64,000 nt of DNA from the human T2T-CHM13v2.0 reference genome, Homo sapiens, in the NCBI RefSeq assembly GCF_009914755.1, contig NC_060925.1. The stretch is one strand, 5' to 3'. Below are positions 1-14,602 of this stretch, piece after piece. The stretch's first letter is position 1. Every line of letters begins with the position of its first letter. The position numbers and the translations under genes are program-made. Below the pieces are notes generated by a model, which searched no databases, was not told the DNA's origin, and saw nothing but the letters and a program-made list of their open reading frames with translations.

Positions 1-34
<34 letters not shown>
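1..34. repeat. (TA)n microsatellite, truncated by window edge
   Basis: 17 perfect TA units. Confidence 0.98.
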
Positions 35-37
<3 letters not shown>

Positions 38-298
38 GCCTAATTACTTTTTCAGTTTGCTTTATAACGTGATTCCATAGTATCAGATTATTGTTAAAGC
101 TGAATAGTTTCCTATCACATAGATACAAACTTTCTCCTATTGCTGGAAGTTAAAAAGATGCTTCATTTAGGCTACTTTCACTTAAACTACTTGAAGAATC
201 TGGTATTATGGTTGATGAAATAAGATATGATGAAAGAAAGAACAACTTCCAGAAATCCTGTCTCTATTTCATGGAGGTAAGAGGCAAACCTGACAACA

Positions 299-500
299 GC
301 TATTATTTAGAGACACCTATTTTATTCCTGGCATTCTACTAAAAGCTTTACCTACTTAATCTCTTAAACCTTACAAAAAAACCTAGAAAGTGGAGTCATT
401 CCCAATTTACAGATGGAGAAAGTGAGGCTCACAGAAAGTAAACTAAGTAACACAGTTGTGTAAATAGCAGGGAGAAATTTTAAGCACAGGTCAAAATGAT
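299..500 (-). mobile_element. MIR SINE
   Basis: cccaatttacagatggagaaagtgaggctcacagaaag is the reverse complement of the MIR core. Confidence 0.8.
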
Positions 501-1827
501 TCCAAAGCTTCTAAATAGTTCCCAATATGGAATAGTTATCAAGGTAGGACTTTGCATCTGGTTAAAGCAATTGAGAAAAAAAAAAAAAAAAGCAAAACTG
601 TTGTGGGTAATTTGGTGCTGATTAAATTGGGCAAATTATTTACATTAAAATAATAGATAATTTGGTACCTTGAAGACAGTAAAACTGATTTGGATCTTTA
701 CCTTTCTGGGGCAGGTTTATGATTCAAATGTCTTCAAGGTACGGTTTTCCTTATTATGTAAAAACATAACATCTGGGAATGTTTAAGTAGACAATAGATC
801 CAGAAGGGCAAGCAACTAACTTTCAATATATTTTCAATATTCTAGGAGTTTGAAAAACATTAATTCACTAATTCTACACACGGCAAAGCAATGATAATTA
901 AGCCTATTTTATAGATGAGAAGACAGTCTGCAATGTTAATTTAGTTCATATCTCCTATAACGCAGGATTTTTACCACCTTGAGGTTATTAATCCAACTCC
1001 TACTCAAACAGCACTTAGGATAATTATTTTCGAGGTAGGCTCCTTTTCTTCCAACAAGAATGAAACAAGCTTGAAGCCAGAGAATGGATCTTAAAACTAG
1101 AGAATAAAATCCAAATCATTAAGTTCCAATCAACCTCATTACACTGGTCCCGTATTTTACAGATGAAGAATATGAAAAAAGAGGGCAGGTGACACAGTCA
1201 AAGACACACAGTTTTTTAAGTCTCACAACTAGACATTCATATCTGTGGCTTAAATCTTCACTGCCATTTCCTGTTATATACCACTGATTTGTGATTTCCT
1301 ATGCTACCCACGATGTCTCGATCTGTGCAAACACTCAATATATGTTTGTGAAATTAAATTGGCTAATTTCCCTAGATATTATGTTATCATCTATGCCAAT
1401 ATCATGCCATAACCCAAAATGCTCAATCAGCATTTATATCTTCTAGAACCTGCTGTCTCTCTCTTGCCTGGCATTAATAAGTTGGCAAAGTTTTTTGTTT
1501 TGTTTTTTAGAAAGTAGAAGAATTAAAAACAAAAGGTACTATCTTGGGTGCTTTTAAATTTCTCCTGGGTAAGTAGGTAATGCTTTGAAGCTACAAACAT
1601 TGAATGCCTAATGTCACATTGTCGCTCAATATCAACAGCCACTGCTTTCTGAATGACGGTGATAATTGGGTGCATGTAACTAGAAGACATTGCAATAAAT
1701 AGATTTATTTTCGTTTGAAGCTTGAAAACCACCATCTGCGATGGGGTTTAGAAACAATGTATGGAAACAGAAAGTATACTGGACAACCAAAGAAAATCAT
1801 TTAGCATGAATGGTTGAAAATAGTCCA

Positions 1828-1997
1828 TTTTCTTTCCTCCCTCCCTCCCTCCCTCCCTCCCTCCTTCCTTCCTTCCTTCCTCTTCCCTCCCTCCCTTGCT
1901 TGCTCTTTCTTTCTTTCCTTCCTTCCTTCCTTCCTTCCTTCTTACCTTCTTTCTTTCTCTCTCTCTCTCTCTTTTCTTTTTTTTTTTTTTTTTTTTT
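1828..1997. repeat. Compound pyrimidine tract (CCCT)n/(CCTT)n/(CT)n/poly-T in the AluJ tail
   Basis: About 170 bp of almost pure C/T adjoining the Alu. Confidence 0.95.
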
Positions 1998-2274
1998 ACA
2001 GGGTCTCATTCTATTGCCTAGGCCCAGGCTGGAGTGCAGTGGCATGATCTCTGCTCACTGCAGCATCGACCTCCCAGGCTCAAGCAATCCTCTTGCCTCA
2101 GCCTCTTGAATAGCTGGGACTAGAGGCATGTGCCACCACTCATGCCTAATTTTTTATTATTTGTAGAGATGGGGTTTCACCATCTTGCCCAGGCAACTCC
2201 TGAACTCACATGATCTCGCCCATCTTGGTCTCCCAAAGTGTGGGGATTATAGGCATGTGCCACTGTACCTGGCT
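1998..2274 (-). mobile_element. Alu (AluJ-type)
   Basis: acagggtctc...gcagcatcgacctcccaggctcaagcaatcctc...cccaaagtgtggggattataggc; candidate TSD gaaaatagt at 1816-1824 and 2275-2283. Confidence 0.95.
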
Positions 2275-2848
2275 GAAAATAGTTTTCTATGTCAGTCTGT
2301 GCATCATCTAAATATGCAGCAGTCCACTTTTATGACTTTTTAATTTCTCCTGCAAGCTTTTCTGCAAGTACTCATTGTCCAGTAGGTATTTTATTTTTAA
2401 AATATTGATTTGCTTAGTGTCCATTTCGGCACCTTGCTTTATTGTGCACCATTTTATTGCCTTAGCAGATACTGTATTTTTTACAAATTGAAGGTTTGTG
2501 GAAACCCTGTGTTGAGCAATTCTATCAGTGCCATTTTTTCAACAGTATGTGGTCACTTCGTGTCTGTGTCCCATTTTGGTAGTAATACTTGCAATATTTC
2601 AAAGTTTTTCATTATTGTTATATCTGTTATGGTGATCTGTAATCAGTGATCTTTGAAGTTACTATTGTAATTGTTGTAGGGCACCACAAACTGCACCCAT
2701 ATAAAATCAACAACTTAATGGATAGATGTTGAGTGTGTTTTGGCTGCTCCACCAACTGGTCATTCCCCAATCTCTCTCCTTCTCTTCAGGCTTCTCCATT
2801 TCCCAAGATACAACAATACTGAAATTAGGCCAATTAATAACCCTAGCA

Positions 2849-4980
<2,132 letters not shown>

Positions 4981-5224
4981 ATTCACGGTTTTTAGCAACA
5001 AAGTATTTTCTAATTAAGGTATTCACACTGTCTTTTAAAGACATAATACTTTTGCACACTTAATGGACTACAGTATAGTATAAAGATAACATTTACATGC
5101 ACTGGGAGCCAAAAAATTCATGACTCTCTTTACTGAGACATGAACTTCGTTGTGGCCTGGCACTGAACCCACAATACCTCTAAGGTATCCCTGTATATGT
5201 CCAACAGTGTACCAATATAGATGC

Positions 5225-5640
5225 TATTAATGGCTACCATTAATCAGGGCTTACTATGTGCCAGGCACTGTATGCTGTCTTTTCAAGTCTTAATTTTAAT
5301 TTAATCATCAACACAATCCTATTAATGCTATTATTATCTCTAACTTATAAAAGTGGAGATGGAAGTTTATCAAAATTAGCTTGCCCAAGATCATATAGCT
5401 AGTAATAAATAATAAAAGCTAATATGTTTTGAGTTATTTCTATGTGCTTGACATTGCTTGACACTGTTCATTAGATCCTGTTAACAACCCTATGAGGTAA
5501 GTACATTATTATGCACATTTAACAGATGAAGACACTGAACCGTGGAAAACCAGGGTTTAAAAGCCCGTCAGTGGTAGAGTGAGGCTTCAAACCCAGGCAG
5601 CCTAACTCTAGAATATAGGCTCTTGAAAACTATGCTGTGT
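5225..5640 (-). mobile_element. Two adjacent MIR fragments
   Basis: cttactatgtgccaggcactg, acaaccctatgaggtaag, acatttaacagatgaagacactga, ttcaaacccaggcag. Confidence 0.8.
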
Positions 5641-5799
5641 TACTTTCTCAAAATGGTGGTGCTGGAGTTTAGAGATAGCTCTATCTGAGCAAAGTTTCCA
5701 CCCTAACAACCGTGGAACATGACTGGATTCTGGGTAAAATTCTGTGAATAAAATATCATTATGGTTTTCTTCAATAAGCTAATCCCTCACAATAGCATT

Positions 5800-7465
5800 A
5801 AAAAAATGAAATGGGCATAAATCTAACAAAAACGATGCAAATTTTTATGCTGTTACCATTAAAAAAACCAGTGAGAGAATTCAGAAAAGACCTAAATAAA
5901 TGGAAAGATAAACTGTATTAGTGGACTGGAAAACTCAATATATTAACATATCAATTATCCTCAAATTGATCTATAGTTTCAACACAATCCCAGTCAAAAT
6001 TCTAGTAGATATTTAAAAAAATAAATTGTCCGGCTAATTATAAAATGTATATAAAAATGTAAATATCTAATATGGCCAAATCAATGTTGAAACAGAAGAA
6101 CAAAATTGTAGGAGTTAGAGTATTTGATTTCATGACTTACCATAAAACTACAGTGGTCAAAGCAGTGCAAAGAGTGTGGCATTGCCATATAAATAGACAA
6201 ATACATAAATGGAACAGAACAGTGTCCAAAATAGACCTGCACATATAGAATCAATTGATTTTTTTTACCAAGTACAATGGCAATTTAATGGAGAGAGAAT
6301 AGTTTTTTCAAATAGCACTGGAACAATTAGATGCCCATTTGCAAAGGAAAAAACATGACAAACTCACACAATATACAAAAATTAATTAAAAGAGATCACA
6401 GACATAAACTAAAAATCTAAGATTATAAAACTTCTAGAAAGAAACATAGGAAAAAAAGTCTTGGTAATCTTGGATTAGGCAAAAAGGTTTTTATAGGACA
6501 CAAAAAGCATGAACTATAAAATAAAAAAATTGATACACTGAATTTCACTAAAATTAAAATCTTCGGCTTTTCAAAAGAAACTATTAAGAATATTAAATGG
6601 CAAACTACAGCCTGGTAGAAAATGTTTATTTGCAAAACACACATTTGTTAAAGGACTCGTAAGAAGAATACATAAAAACTTCCTAAAACTCAATAAGACA
6701 ACACAATTTTTAAAATGAGGAAACAATTAAATATGTACTTCATCAGAAAAAGATGAGAATACCAAATAAGCCCATGAAAAGATACTCGGTATCATTCATC
6801 ATTATGGAAATAAAAATGAAGACATAATTAAATACCACTGCATACCTATTATGATTAAATATTAAAAAAAAAAACAAATGAGAATATCAAGTGATGAAGA
6901 ACATCTGGAGCAAGTGGAACTCTCAAATACTATTGGTGGAAAGTAAATGTTACAATCCCTTGGGAAAACAGTTTAGCAGTTTCTTATCAAACTAAATATA
7001 TGCTTACCCAATAATCCAGCAATTCCATTCTTAGATATTTATCCAGGGGAAATGAAAGCATAAGTCCACACAAAGACTTGTACATAAATAACATTAATAT
7101 TTATAGTAGCTGTATTAATAATTTCCCCAAACTGGAAACAATGCAAGTGTCTATAGCCTGAGGAATGGGTAAAAAAACACTGGGTGCATTCACATGATGG
7201 GATACCACCCAGCAATAAACAGGATTGTATGAGTGATACTTGCAGCAACAACATGAATAACCTTAAAATCATTATGCTAAGTGAAAGAAGCCAGACACAA
7301 AAGGCTACATGCTGTGTGATGACATTTATATGACATTCTACAAAAGGCAAAACTGTACAGATAGAAATCAAATTAGTGGTTTCCAGGAACTGGAGGTCAG
7401 GGAGAGCACTAACCACAAAGAAGTATGAGGGAACCAACTTTTGTGGCGACAAAAGTTATTCTATG
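5800..7465 (+). mobile_element. Old LINE-1 (L1MC/L1MD-like), ORF2 3' end and 3' UTR
   Basis: gacctaaataaatggaaagat, ctcaaattgatctatagtttcaacacaatccc, cccaataatccagcaattcc, atgctaagtgaaagaagccagacacaaaagg. Confidence 0.9.
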
Positions 7466-7509
7466 TATTTCCCACCCATGCTTAAGAGAGAGAGTCTCTT
7501 TACTCAGGA

Positions 7510-7660
7510 TGGACTCTACAGTCAGGCAGACCCAGTTTGGACGCCAGCTCTGTTACTTCCTGTGAGGAACTTGGGACAACTCACTTTTCCTTTTCTGAGC
7601 CTGATTCTTCTAACTATGAAAAGAGGAGAAGTTTTACTTCATAGAGTACACATGTGTATG
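7510..7660 (+). mobile_element. MIR 5' part; appears to resume at about 9720-9745
   Basis: cagctctgttacttcctgtgaggaacttgggacaactcactt...ttctgagcctg. Confidence 0.65.
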
Positions 7661-8232
7661 TTGTAAATATGTGTAAATGGTTGTTGATTGAGACTCTATC
7701 TTGCTTCAAAATTGGCAGCTGGAACTCAGTGTTGAGATAAAAGGGTTCATATCTAAGAGCTGCCACCAAAAATTGAGGTCAGACATTTCCCTTAGGACTT
7801 ATTTCAAAGCAGCAAAACTGACTTTGCTGTCACCTCCATGACCCCACTTCTCAAGCATTACCAACTCCCCCCACCCTTCGCTTAAACAAACAAAACAAAT
7901 CAAAACAAAAATCTTGGAGAAGAGGGCTGAGGAGGAAGATACTAGAGGCTTTGGAAGGATTGAGAGCTTAGTGCAGAGGCCTTTCTTTCACCTCCCTGAA
8001 CCACAACCTGCCCCCAGGGAAAAGGAGAAAAGGTGCCAGGAAGATCCTCCCCCTTCACCCCCGCCCCTGCCGCCAAGCATGGGGTGCCTGCAAGGGAGAA
8101 TGCCAGGTATTCTCTCTGAGATATCTATTTATGCAGCAGACCACTCAACTGGCTTCTTGGGCCCACGCGAGAAGAGGTAGAAGGGAATTGGGAGAGATGG
8201 TAGCAAACAGAGGGTATGGCCCCAAATCAGCC

Positions 8233-8619
8233 TGTCTTAGTCAGCTCAGGCTGATATAACAGAGTACCTCAGACTTACACAACAGAAATGGGTGGCTTGA
8301 ACAACAGAAATCTATTTCCCACAGTTGTGGAGGCTAGAATTCCTAGATCAGGGTGCCAGCATGGTTGGGTTCTGGTGAGGACCCTCTTCATAGTTTGTAG
8401 TTGGCTGTCTTCCTCCTGTGTCCTCACATGGCAGGGAGCAGAGAAAAGGCAAGCAGGCTGTCTGGTGTCTCTTCTTAGAAGGGGACTAACCTATCACAAA
8501 GGCTTCACCCTTATGACCTAATTACCTCCTAAAGGCCCCATCTCCAAATACCATCACAACTGGGGCTTACAGTTTCAACACATACATTTTGGTGGGACAC
8601 AAACATTCAATTAATAGCA
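8233..8619 (-). mobile_element. MLT1A/MLT1A0 MaLR solo LTR
   Basis: tgtcttagtc...gggacacaaacattcaattaatagca; perfect 5-bp TSD cagcc at 8228-8232 and 8620-8624. Confidence 0.9.
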
Positions 8620-9004
8620 CAGCCTTCACGTACTCCTATGGGTTGATGTAGCAAGGATGAGTAATTATCTGTGGTTCAGAAGTCACAGAAGTCAGGTAGG
8701 TATGGGCTATCTTGATTGCTGACCAAGAAGATTTCTTGTCAGGAAAGGATTCTCAACAAGAAGTTTTGCTGTGACCTGCCAAGGTGTGGCAGAGGTCGAG
8801 CAGTGTAGAGTGTACCACACTGAGCCCTGTCAAGAACCTCACATATACACCTTCCCCGGTCAGCATTTGGATATATGGCTAACAGGAGGCACCAACGGAC
8901 CATAAGAGGGAAAGCCATAGAAGCAGCAACCAGCCAAGAGAGTGGAACTATTTTCATGAGCTGATAAGAAAGTGGTAGTTGCCCCTCCTGCTCTGTTTCC
9001 TTTC

Positions 9005-9382
9005 TGATATGGTTTGGCTGTGTCCTCACCCAAATCTCATCTTGAATTGTAGTTCCCATAACCCCCACAGTGTCATGGGAGGGACCTAGCAGGAGGCAAC
9101 TGAATCATGGGAGAAGTTACCTCCATGCTGTTCTCATGATAGCGAGGGAGTTCTCACGAGATTTGATGCTTTTACAAGGGGCTTTCCCCGTGCCTTTGCT
9201 CTGTACTTCTCCTTGTTGCTGCCATGTGAAGAAGGACATGTTTGCTTCCCCTTGCACCATGACTGTAAATTTCCTGAGGCTTCCCCAGCCCTGCAGAACT
9301 GTGAGTTAATTAAACCTCTTTCCTTTATAAATTACCCAGTCTCAAGTATGTCTTCATAGTAGCATGAAAAGGAACTAATACA
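9005..9382 (+). mobile_element. THE1D-type MaLR solo LTR
   Basis: tgatatggtttggctgtgtc...ttaaacctctttcctttataaattacccagtctc...actaataca. Confidence 0.93.
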
Positions 9383-10349
9383 TCCTCCAACCACCAATAT
9401 CAGAGGAGATGAATGTGGGAAAGACAAGTAGAAGTATCCCAGAACCAGCCCAAAGCAACTTTCTCCCACCATCCCTAAGTCACAATTCTAGGCAGCACAG
9501 AGGAGGGGCAGGTATGACATCTGGTATCAGATGGGAGGTGTATATTGGATGAACTTTTAATAACAGAAAATGATTGAAAAGTTATAGATTCTGCCCAAGA
9601 TATCTATCGCTAAAGAATGAGAAAAGGAGATTTTACCAGCATGTTGCAAACAGTGAATGGCGAATAACATCATGTTTATACATGTTTGAGTTTGGGTTCC
9701 TCAATAAACTGGTTTTACATGTATATAAAGCACCTGGTGCATTACCACACACACACTCACACTCACATGCATGTGTACTCATATGTGTGTGTGTATTTTA
9801 AACATGGTAGATAGCTATTAGGACTAATAAAATAATATTAGTGACAATAGTCATTGTAAAGGGAAATATGACATTTTTATACTATTTAGTCCTAATCTGC
9901 ATTCATTTGCACTTGCCCACATTCAATAAATCCACATTGGCTTCATTATGTGTAGGATTCTGTGAAAAATACAGATTAATTAGGCAAATTTCTACCCTCT
10001 AGTAGCTTATAGTCTAATAGAGGAATTCAAACAGATAGAAAACTTACAAAGAAATATGACACAAAGTGTCTAGTACCAAGGAAGGATCCACCAGTTTTGA
10101 ATTCCCACTAGGCCCTAGGCCCCCCTGTGTTGGAACTTGACATATATTACTTTGTTTCTCACAACTGCTCTTTGAGATACATACTATGATCCTTTTACAC
10201 ACAGATCCTCCCTTTCCTTCTCTTTCCATTCCTACTTCTACTTTTACTAGCTACTATTATTTGAGCTCCTACCAGTTACTAGGCTTGACATGTTCATTAT
10301 GAAAATATAAAAGGATATGACTATTTCACATATGGAGTGAAGTGAAAAG

Positions 10350-10545
10350 TGCATATTTATAATCAAACAGACTGGAGTTCAAATCCTAGGTCTGCTACTT
10401 ACCGTGTGAACTTGGGCAGGTTATTTAACATCTCTAACCCTCATTCTTTGACGATAATAACCACCTTGCAGAGTAACATGAGAAATCAGTGAGACAAGCC
10501 ATGTAAAGCACCTATCACAGTGCCCAGCAGGTAATTTCTTTTCAA
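10350..10545 (+). mobile_element. MIR
   Basis: gagttcaaatcctaggtctgctacttaccgtgtgaacttgggcaggttatttaac...catgtaaagcacctatcacagtgcc. Confidence 0.85.
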
Positions 10546-12469
10546 CAAAGACCAGTTCCCCACCTCCTGCATATCCAACAGCAAGACAGCTCATTGTGTG
10601 CCTGAGACCCGGGCTCCCCACACTCACCTTGTCCTCCCCACTGACAGTCCAGAGATGCTGAGATGTTATGCAATTTGGAATGTGCCTTTTCAGACACACC
10701 AGTTAATCACCCCAGGCTTGACCACCCTCTCAATCTCCGAGCACACTTACTTCTTAATCAACTTCTTCTTGTCTGGATTCACCTTTATCTCTTCCAAGTG
10801 CCGCTCTCTCTCCTCTAGAAGGGAATTTATGCTCTCTTCTAGCATTCATTTCCCAACCTCTTCTGTTAACAGTCACTAAGGCAAAGACTTAATTTTTTAA
10901 AGGAATGCCTTTTCCTTGTCTATAAATTACACTGAGTGAGTCTCTGAGGCCCTGACAACACTTCCACTGAGGACTTGTTGAATGTGGACTTGAAAAACAG
11001 CTTATTTATCTCTCTCCTTACTGTTGTCTCCCTTGCTATTCTCATCTTGACATCCCCTTACCAATTTGGTTTTGTCTCTTAAAATCACTCTAATCTTACC
11101 AGGGTTTTGGATAGCTTGGACAATGTGCAGGTTCCTATTATCTTCAATGCCTTTTCCTTTTATTTCCCCTTGTTCTCATCAGACACATTTATTTATTTTT
11201 ATGCCCACCATATTTATTGCCAGACAGCAGGCTGACATTCTAGGCATACGCCTCATTTTTGAGGACCTTCTCTATTTAGCTTTTCTATGATCTCTTCACA
11301 GCTCTTTTTCCACTGGGCAGATCCTAAGACTCTATTTGCTAAAGTTTTCTATTTTTAGATTCCAAAAGCAGTGAAAGTAAAGTTAGGATGTCTTTTTCCA
11401 GAAGCTACCAAGGAGCAACTGGTCATTGGTCAATTTTATCAGCTCACAGTTTATTTCTTCCTCCCAGCTGAGGTGTCGCCTTTGTTTTAAGCTTTCTTAG
11501 AAATCCTGGGCTTAGGTAGCAATTTTTCTCTCTATTCTCCTGAAACCTTATTAATGTTCTCACTGTAACTCCTCTCGTATCATGTTGGAATTTTGAAATG
11601 TATCTTTCTCCTCTAATATATCAATAATTGTTTAGAGAGCTTGGTTTCCTTTTATTTATGTACCCCATAGGGCCTTGCATGTAACAGGAGCTCAATACAT
11701 ATTTTTAAGCATTGATTTCTTTGAAAATAACACCTTACCAACTGATTAGAATTATAGTTCTGAAATGTATTTGAACCATTAACCCTGTGATCTTCAATTT
11801 CATCATTTGTAAAATGGGTATGAATCACATTGTTACGCATGATTTTAAATATCACAAAGCTAATCTTTTCCTTTGATAGACGAAGAAGCTAAGGCTCCAA
11901 GTGGGGAAAAGTCTTATCTAAAGTGGGCTTTTAGGCCCATAATCTGAGCTTAGTGGTACTTAATAGAAATTTGCTGGTGAATTCATTAAGCAATTTTAGT
12001 AATCCAAACACAATATCTAGGCTAGAGCCCCAAGGTACAGAACAGAGTGCATAGCCTCTAGTAGGCAGAGAAAATAAACGAACAGGGCATTTTTCCTAGT
12101 TGGGGAATCCTGGAAGAGTTTTCTCTATTACCTTGTAAATCAGTTCCTTTAACTTGGATACTGGAAATAAAAGACTAGAAATGACTGTTACCTCAGATGG
12201 ATGGCTGGGGATTAAAGAGATAATTTTTTCATAAGGCATTGTGTTTCTCAGAGGAAGGTGCCATAGGAATGTTGATCCTGATAACATTTTGCATGGAAGT
12301 ACCTAGAAAGTCATGAAGAAGAGACAGTGGCCCTTGAGTGGCAAAGTCAACAGATACAGTGGGCCATGATTTACAGTATTCCTCTCTGCTGCTGGTACTG
12401 AGGAACTTCCAGGGAGTCCCAGCTCATCCTTTGGCCAATACTGACCAATGCTGGTCAGTGTTGCATGGC

Positions 12470-12690
12470 AAGTGTAGCATGCTGGTTGAGCTGTGTCAGA
12501 CTTCAGAGTGAGACAGACCAGATTTTAAGTTCTGGTTTGTCTACTAACTCCCAGTGTATACTTGGGCAAGTTTCGCTATGCCTCAAAAACTCAGCTTCCA
12601 TTTTTGTAAAACAAGGATAGTGAAACCTCCTTCTAGGGTTGTTGTGATGATTACATGAGATAATGGTTGTAAATCACTAGGCTTTTAGTA
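12470..12690 (+). mobile_element. MIR
   Basis: cttgggcaagtt...ttttgtaaaacaagg...agggttgttgtgatgattacatgagataatg. Confidence 0.8.
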
Positions 12691-13139
12691 AGAGGACTCA
12701 ACCTCACAAACAGGCAGCCTTGGGGATCAGTTTTCTAGTCCTCAGTGTGTCTCATGACTAGCAGCCCATTTCTGAATCCACAGAGTGTTTGCCTAGTTGA
12801 TGGGGCATAGCATTTGTCCTAGTGTCCTGATTACTTTGGAATGCCCTGCCAGGAGTGAGAGACAGCTTATATTTTGGCTGCTAGGCTGGGGTCCTGAGGC
12901 TCCTCATTGATCTTGCCCCATGGTGATGGATCCTCCTTGAACCATAAATCCTAACTGTGCCTCAGAATAATCCTGCTACCATGTTCCAAATGCAAGATTG
13001 GTTCCCTTGGACTGGCTGAATCCTAGTTTCTCCTACCCGTAGGGACCCAAGATTTGGGTTGCTGGTTGCTTCTATCACAATCCAACTTTTTGTCAACATC
13101 AGTGGAGAAGGAGGAGTGTCAGAACAGCCTAGGAAAATA

Positions 13140-13680
13140 GTAAACAAATTCTTGTCACCAACAGGGTAAAGTCCAAACTCCTCAGCACGAGGCTCAAGGC
13201 TTATCATAATTTGGTTTCTGTGTATCTCTCTAGCATTAGATCCTCCAACACATCCTTCAGTTTCTGTATTGCTTCTTGTTTTCTGACAGTACCATGTTCT
13301 TTCAGAGGTCTCTACTTTATTACATGTTCTTCTTTCTTCTTGGGATGTTCTACATTTTCAGCAGACAAAAATACAGCTTATCCTACAAGCCTCAGCCTTG
13401 GCACTCCCTCTTCTCTAAAGCCTTCTCTGATTCTTCTGGACAGACCCAGGCACTTCTTGCCACATGCCTCCATTGTACCTAAGCATACACTTATGTAACA
13501 TGACACTATTTTATCATTCTAGTCTCCATGTGTGTTATTTCTCAAATTCCAGCCCCCTAGACTGTGAGGCCCAAGAAAATAGTGACCATACTTTATTTAT
13601 TTATTACTATATCCCTAGCTCCTGGCACAATGTCTGGCTCCTTGCAGGTGTTCAAAAATATTTGTTGCTTTAATGAATGA
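13140..13680 (+). mobile_element. L2 LINE 3' fragment
   Basis: ccccctagactgtgaggc...cctggcacaatgtctggc...ttcaaaaatatttgttg...aatgaatga. Confidence 0.8.
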
Positions 13681-14139
13681 AATTAGTTTTCCTAGCACTC
13701 TTCTCACCTAGACCTAATTTTCTCCCAGAATGACCCATGGCAATAGATATCTGACTTACGGCAAGAGTGCTCAAGCAGGAATCAAGATCTCAGGGGACTA
13801 CAGACACTTGGCCTAATAGCGGTCCTCATGGGAAGATGGCACTGTTTGCTGGAGCATGTAGCACCAGGCTATAACCATCCATCCACCCAATCAGTTGAAT
13901 CAAACTTAATGGTCAATGGAATGACCCATGTCATAGCCCGAACTCTCTCCCATCCATCAGAGTTACTGATTATGGTGGCAGTGTTAACATGTGCTTTAAA
14001 GAACATGAACATGAATAATACAGAATACCACTAACCAAAATGATTCCATGTTTATATAAGGTAGGAAATGCCACACATTTAATCTCCCTCTAGGAGTCAT
14101 AAACCTAAGTTATCATCAAAGCATCTAAAAAAAATTGTT

Positions 14140-14274
14140 AGCAGAGACATCTATTTAATATGTTTAACTTCATGTTTTCTAAATTTATTTGAGCACTAGA
14201 ACTCTTTTTCCTTTTTATACCTATTTACACCATAGGGAACTAGTATTCTGTAAAACATGGTTTGGGAAACACTG
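14140..14274 (-). mobile_element. hAT-Charlie (Charlie4-like) fragment
   Basis: gggaactagtattctgtaaaacatggtttgggaaacactg terminal sequence. Confidence 0.6.
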
Positions 14275-14561
14275 GATGAAGAAATTCCCTGGAGGACCAG
14301 GGAAGCATCTTTGACAGGAGTAGATTTCCAGACAAAGGAACATAGAAATGGAAATACAGGTAGAGGATAGATCAAGAAAGTTCTCAAGTACCAAAGAAGT
14401 GTAATTATTATACATTTTTCTACATCTTCATTTGTAGGATTCAGAGTATTGCAGAGTCCTATACAAACATTTCTGAATGACTTGTCTCTTTATGTATAGT
14501 CTGAATGACTTTTTATTTTACTTATACTCTTCAAAATATAACCATCCATGAATTATGCTTG

Positions 14562-14564
<3 letters not shown>

Positions 14565-14600
<36 letters not shown>
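14565..14600. repeat. (AT)18 microsatellite
   Basis: Direct reading. Confidence 0.97.

Positions 14601-14602
<2 letters not shown>

Larger units (their letters stand above)
7662..9719 (+). mobile_element. Ancient solo LTR (LTR78-like, about 1.3 kb net) interrupted by MLT1A and THE1D
   Basis: TGTAAA...TTTACA inverted termini, AATAAA at 9703-9708, aaagttatagattctgcccaagat segment recalled from LTR78; family name tentative. Confidence 0.5.

Noticed and set aside
1797-2109. K/E/R-rich and P/S/F/L-rich ORFs
   Set aside because: Translations of the microsatellite and Alu
13753-14035. Minus-strand GTAAGT donor with nearby ORFs
   Set aside because: All three frames are blocked shortly upstream of the donor and there is no clear acceptor or recognisable product
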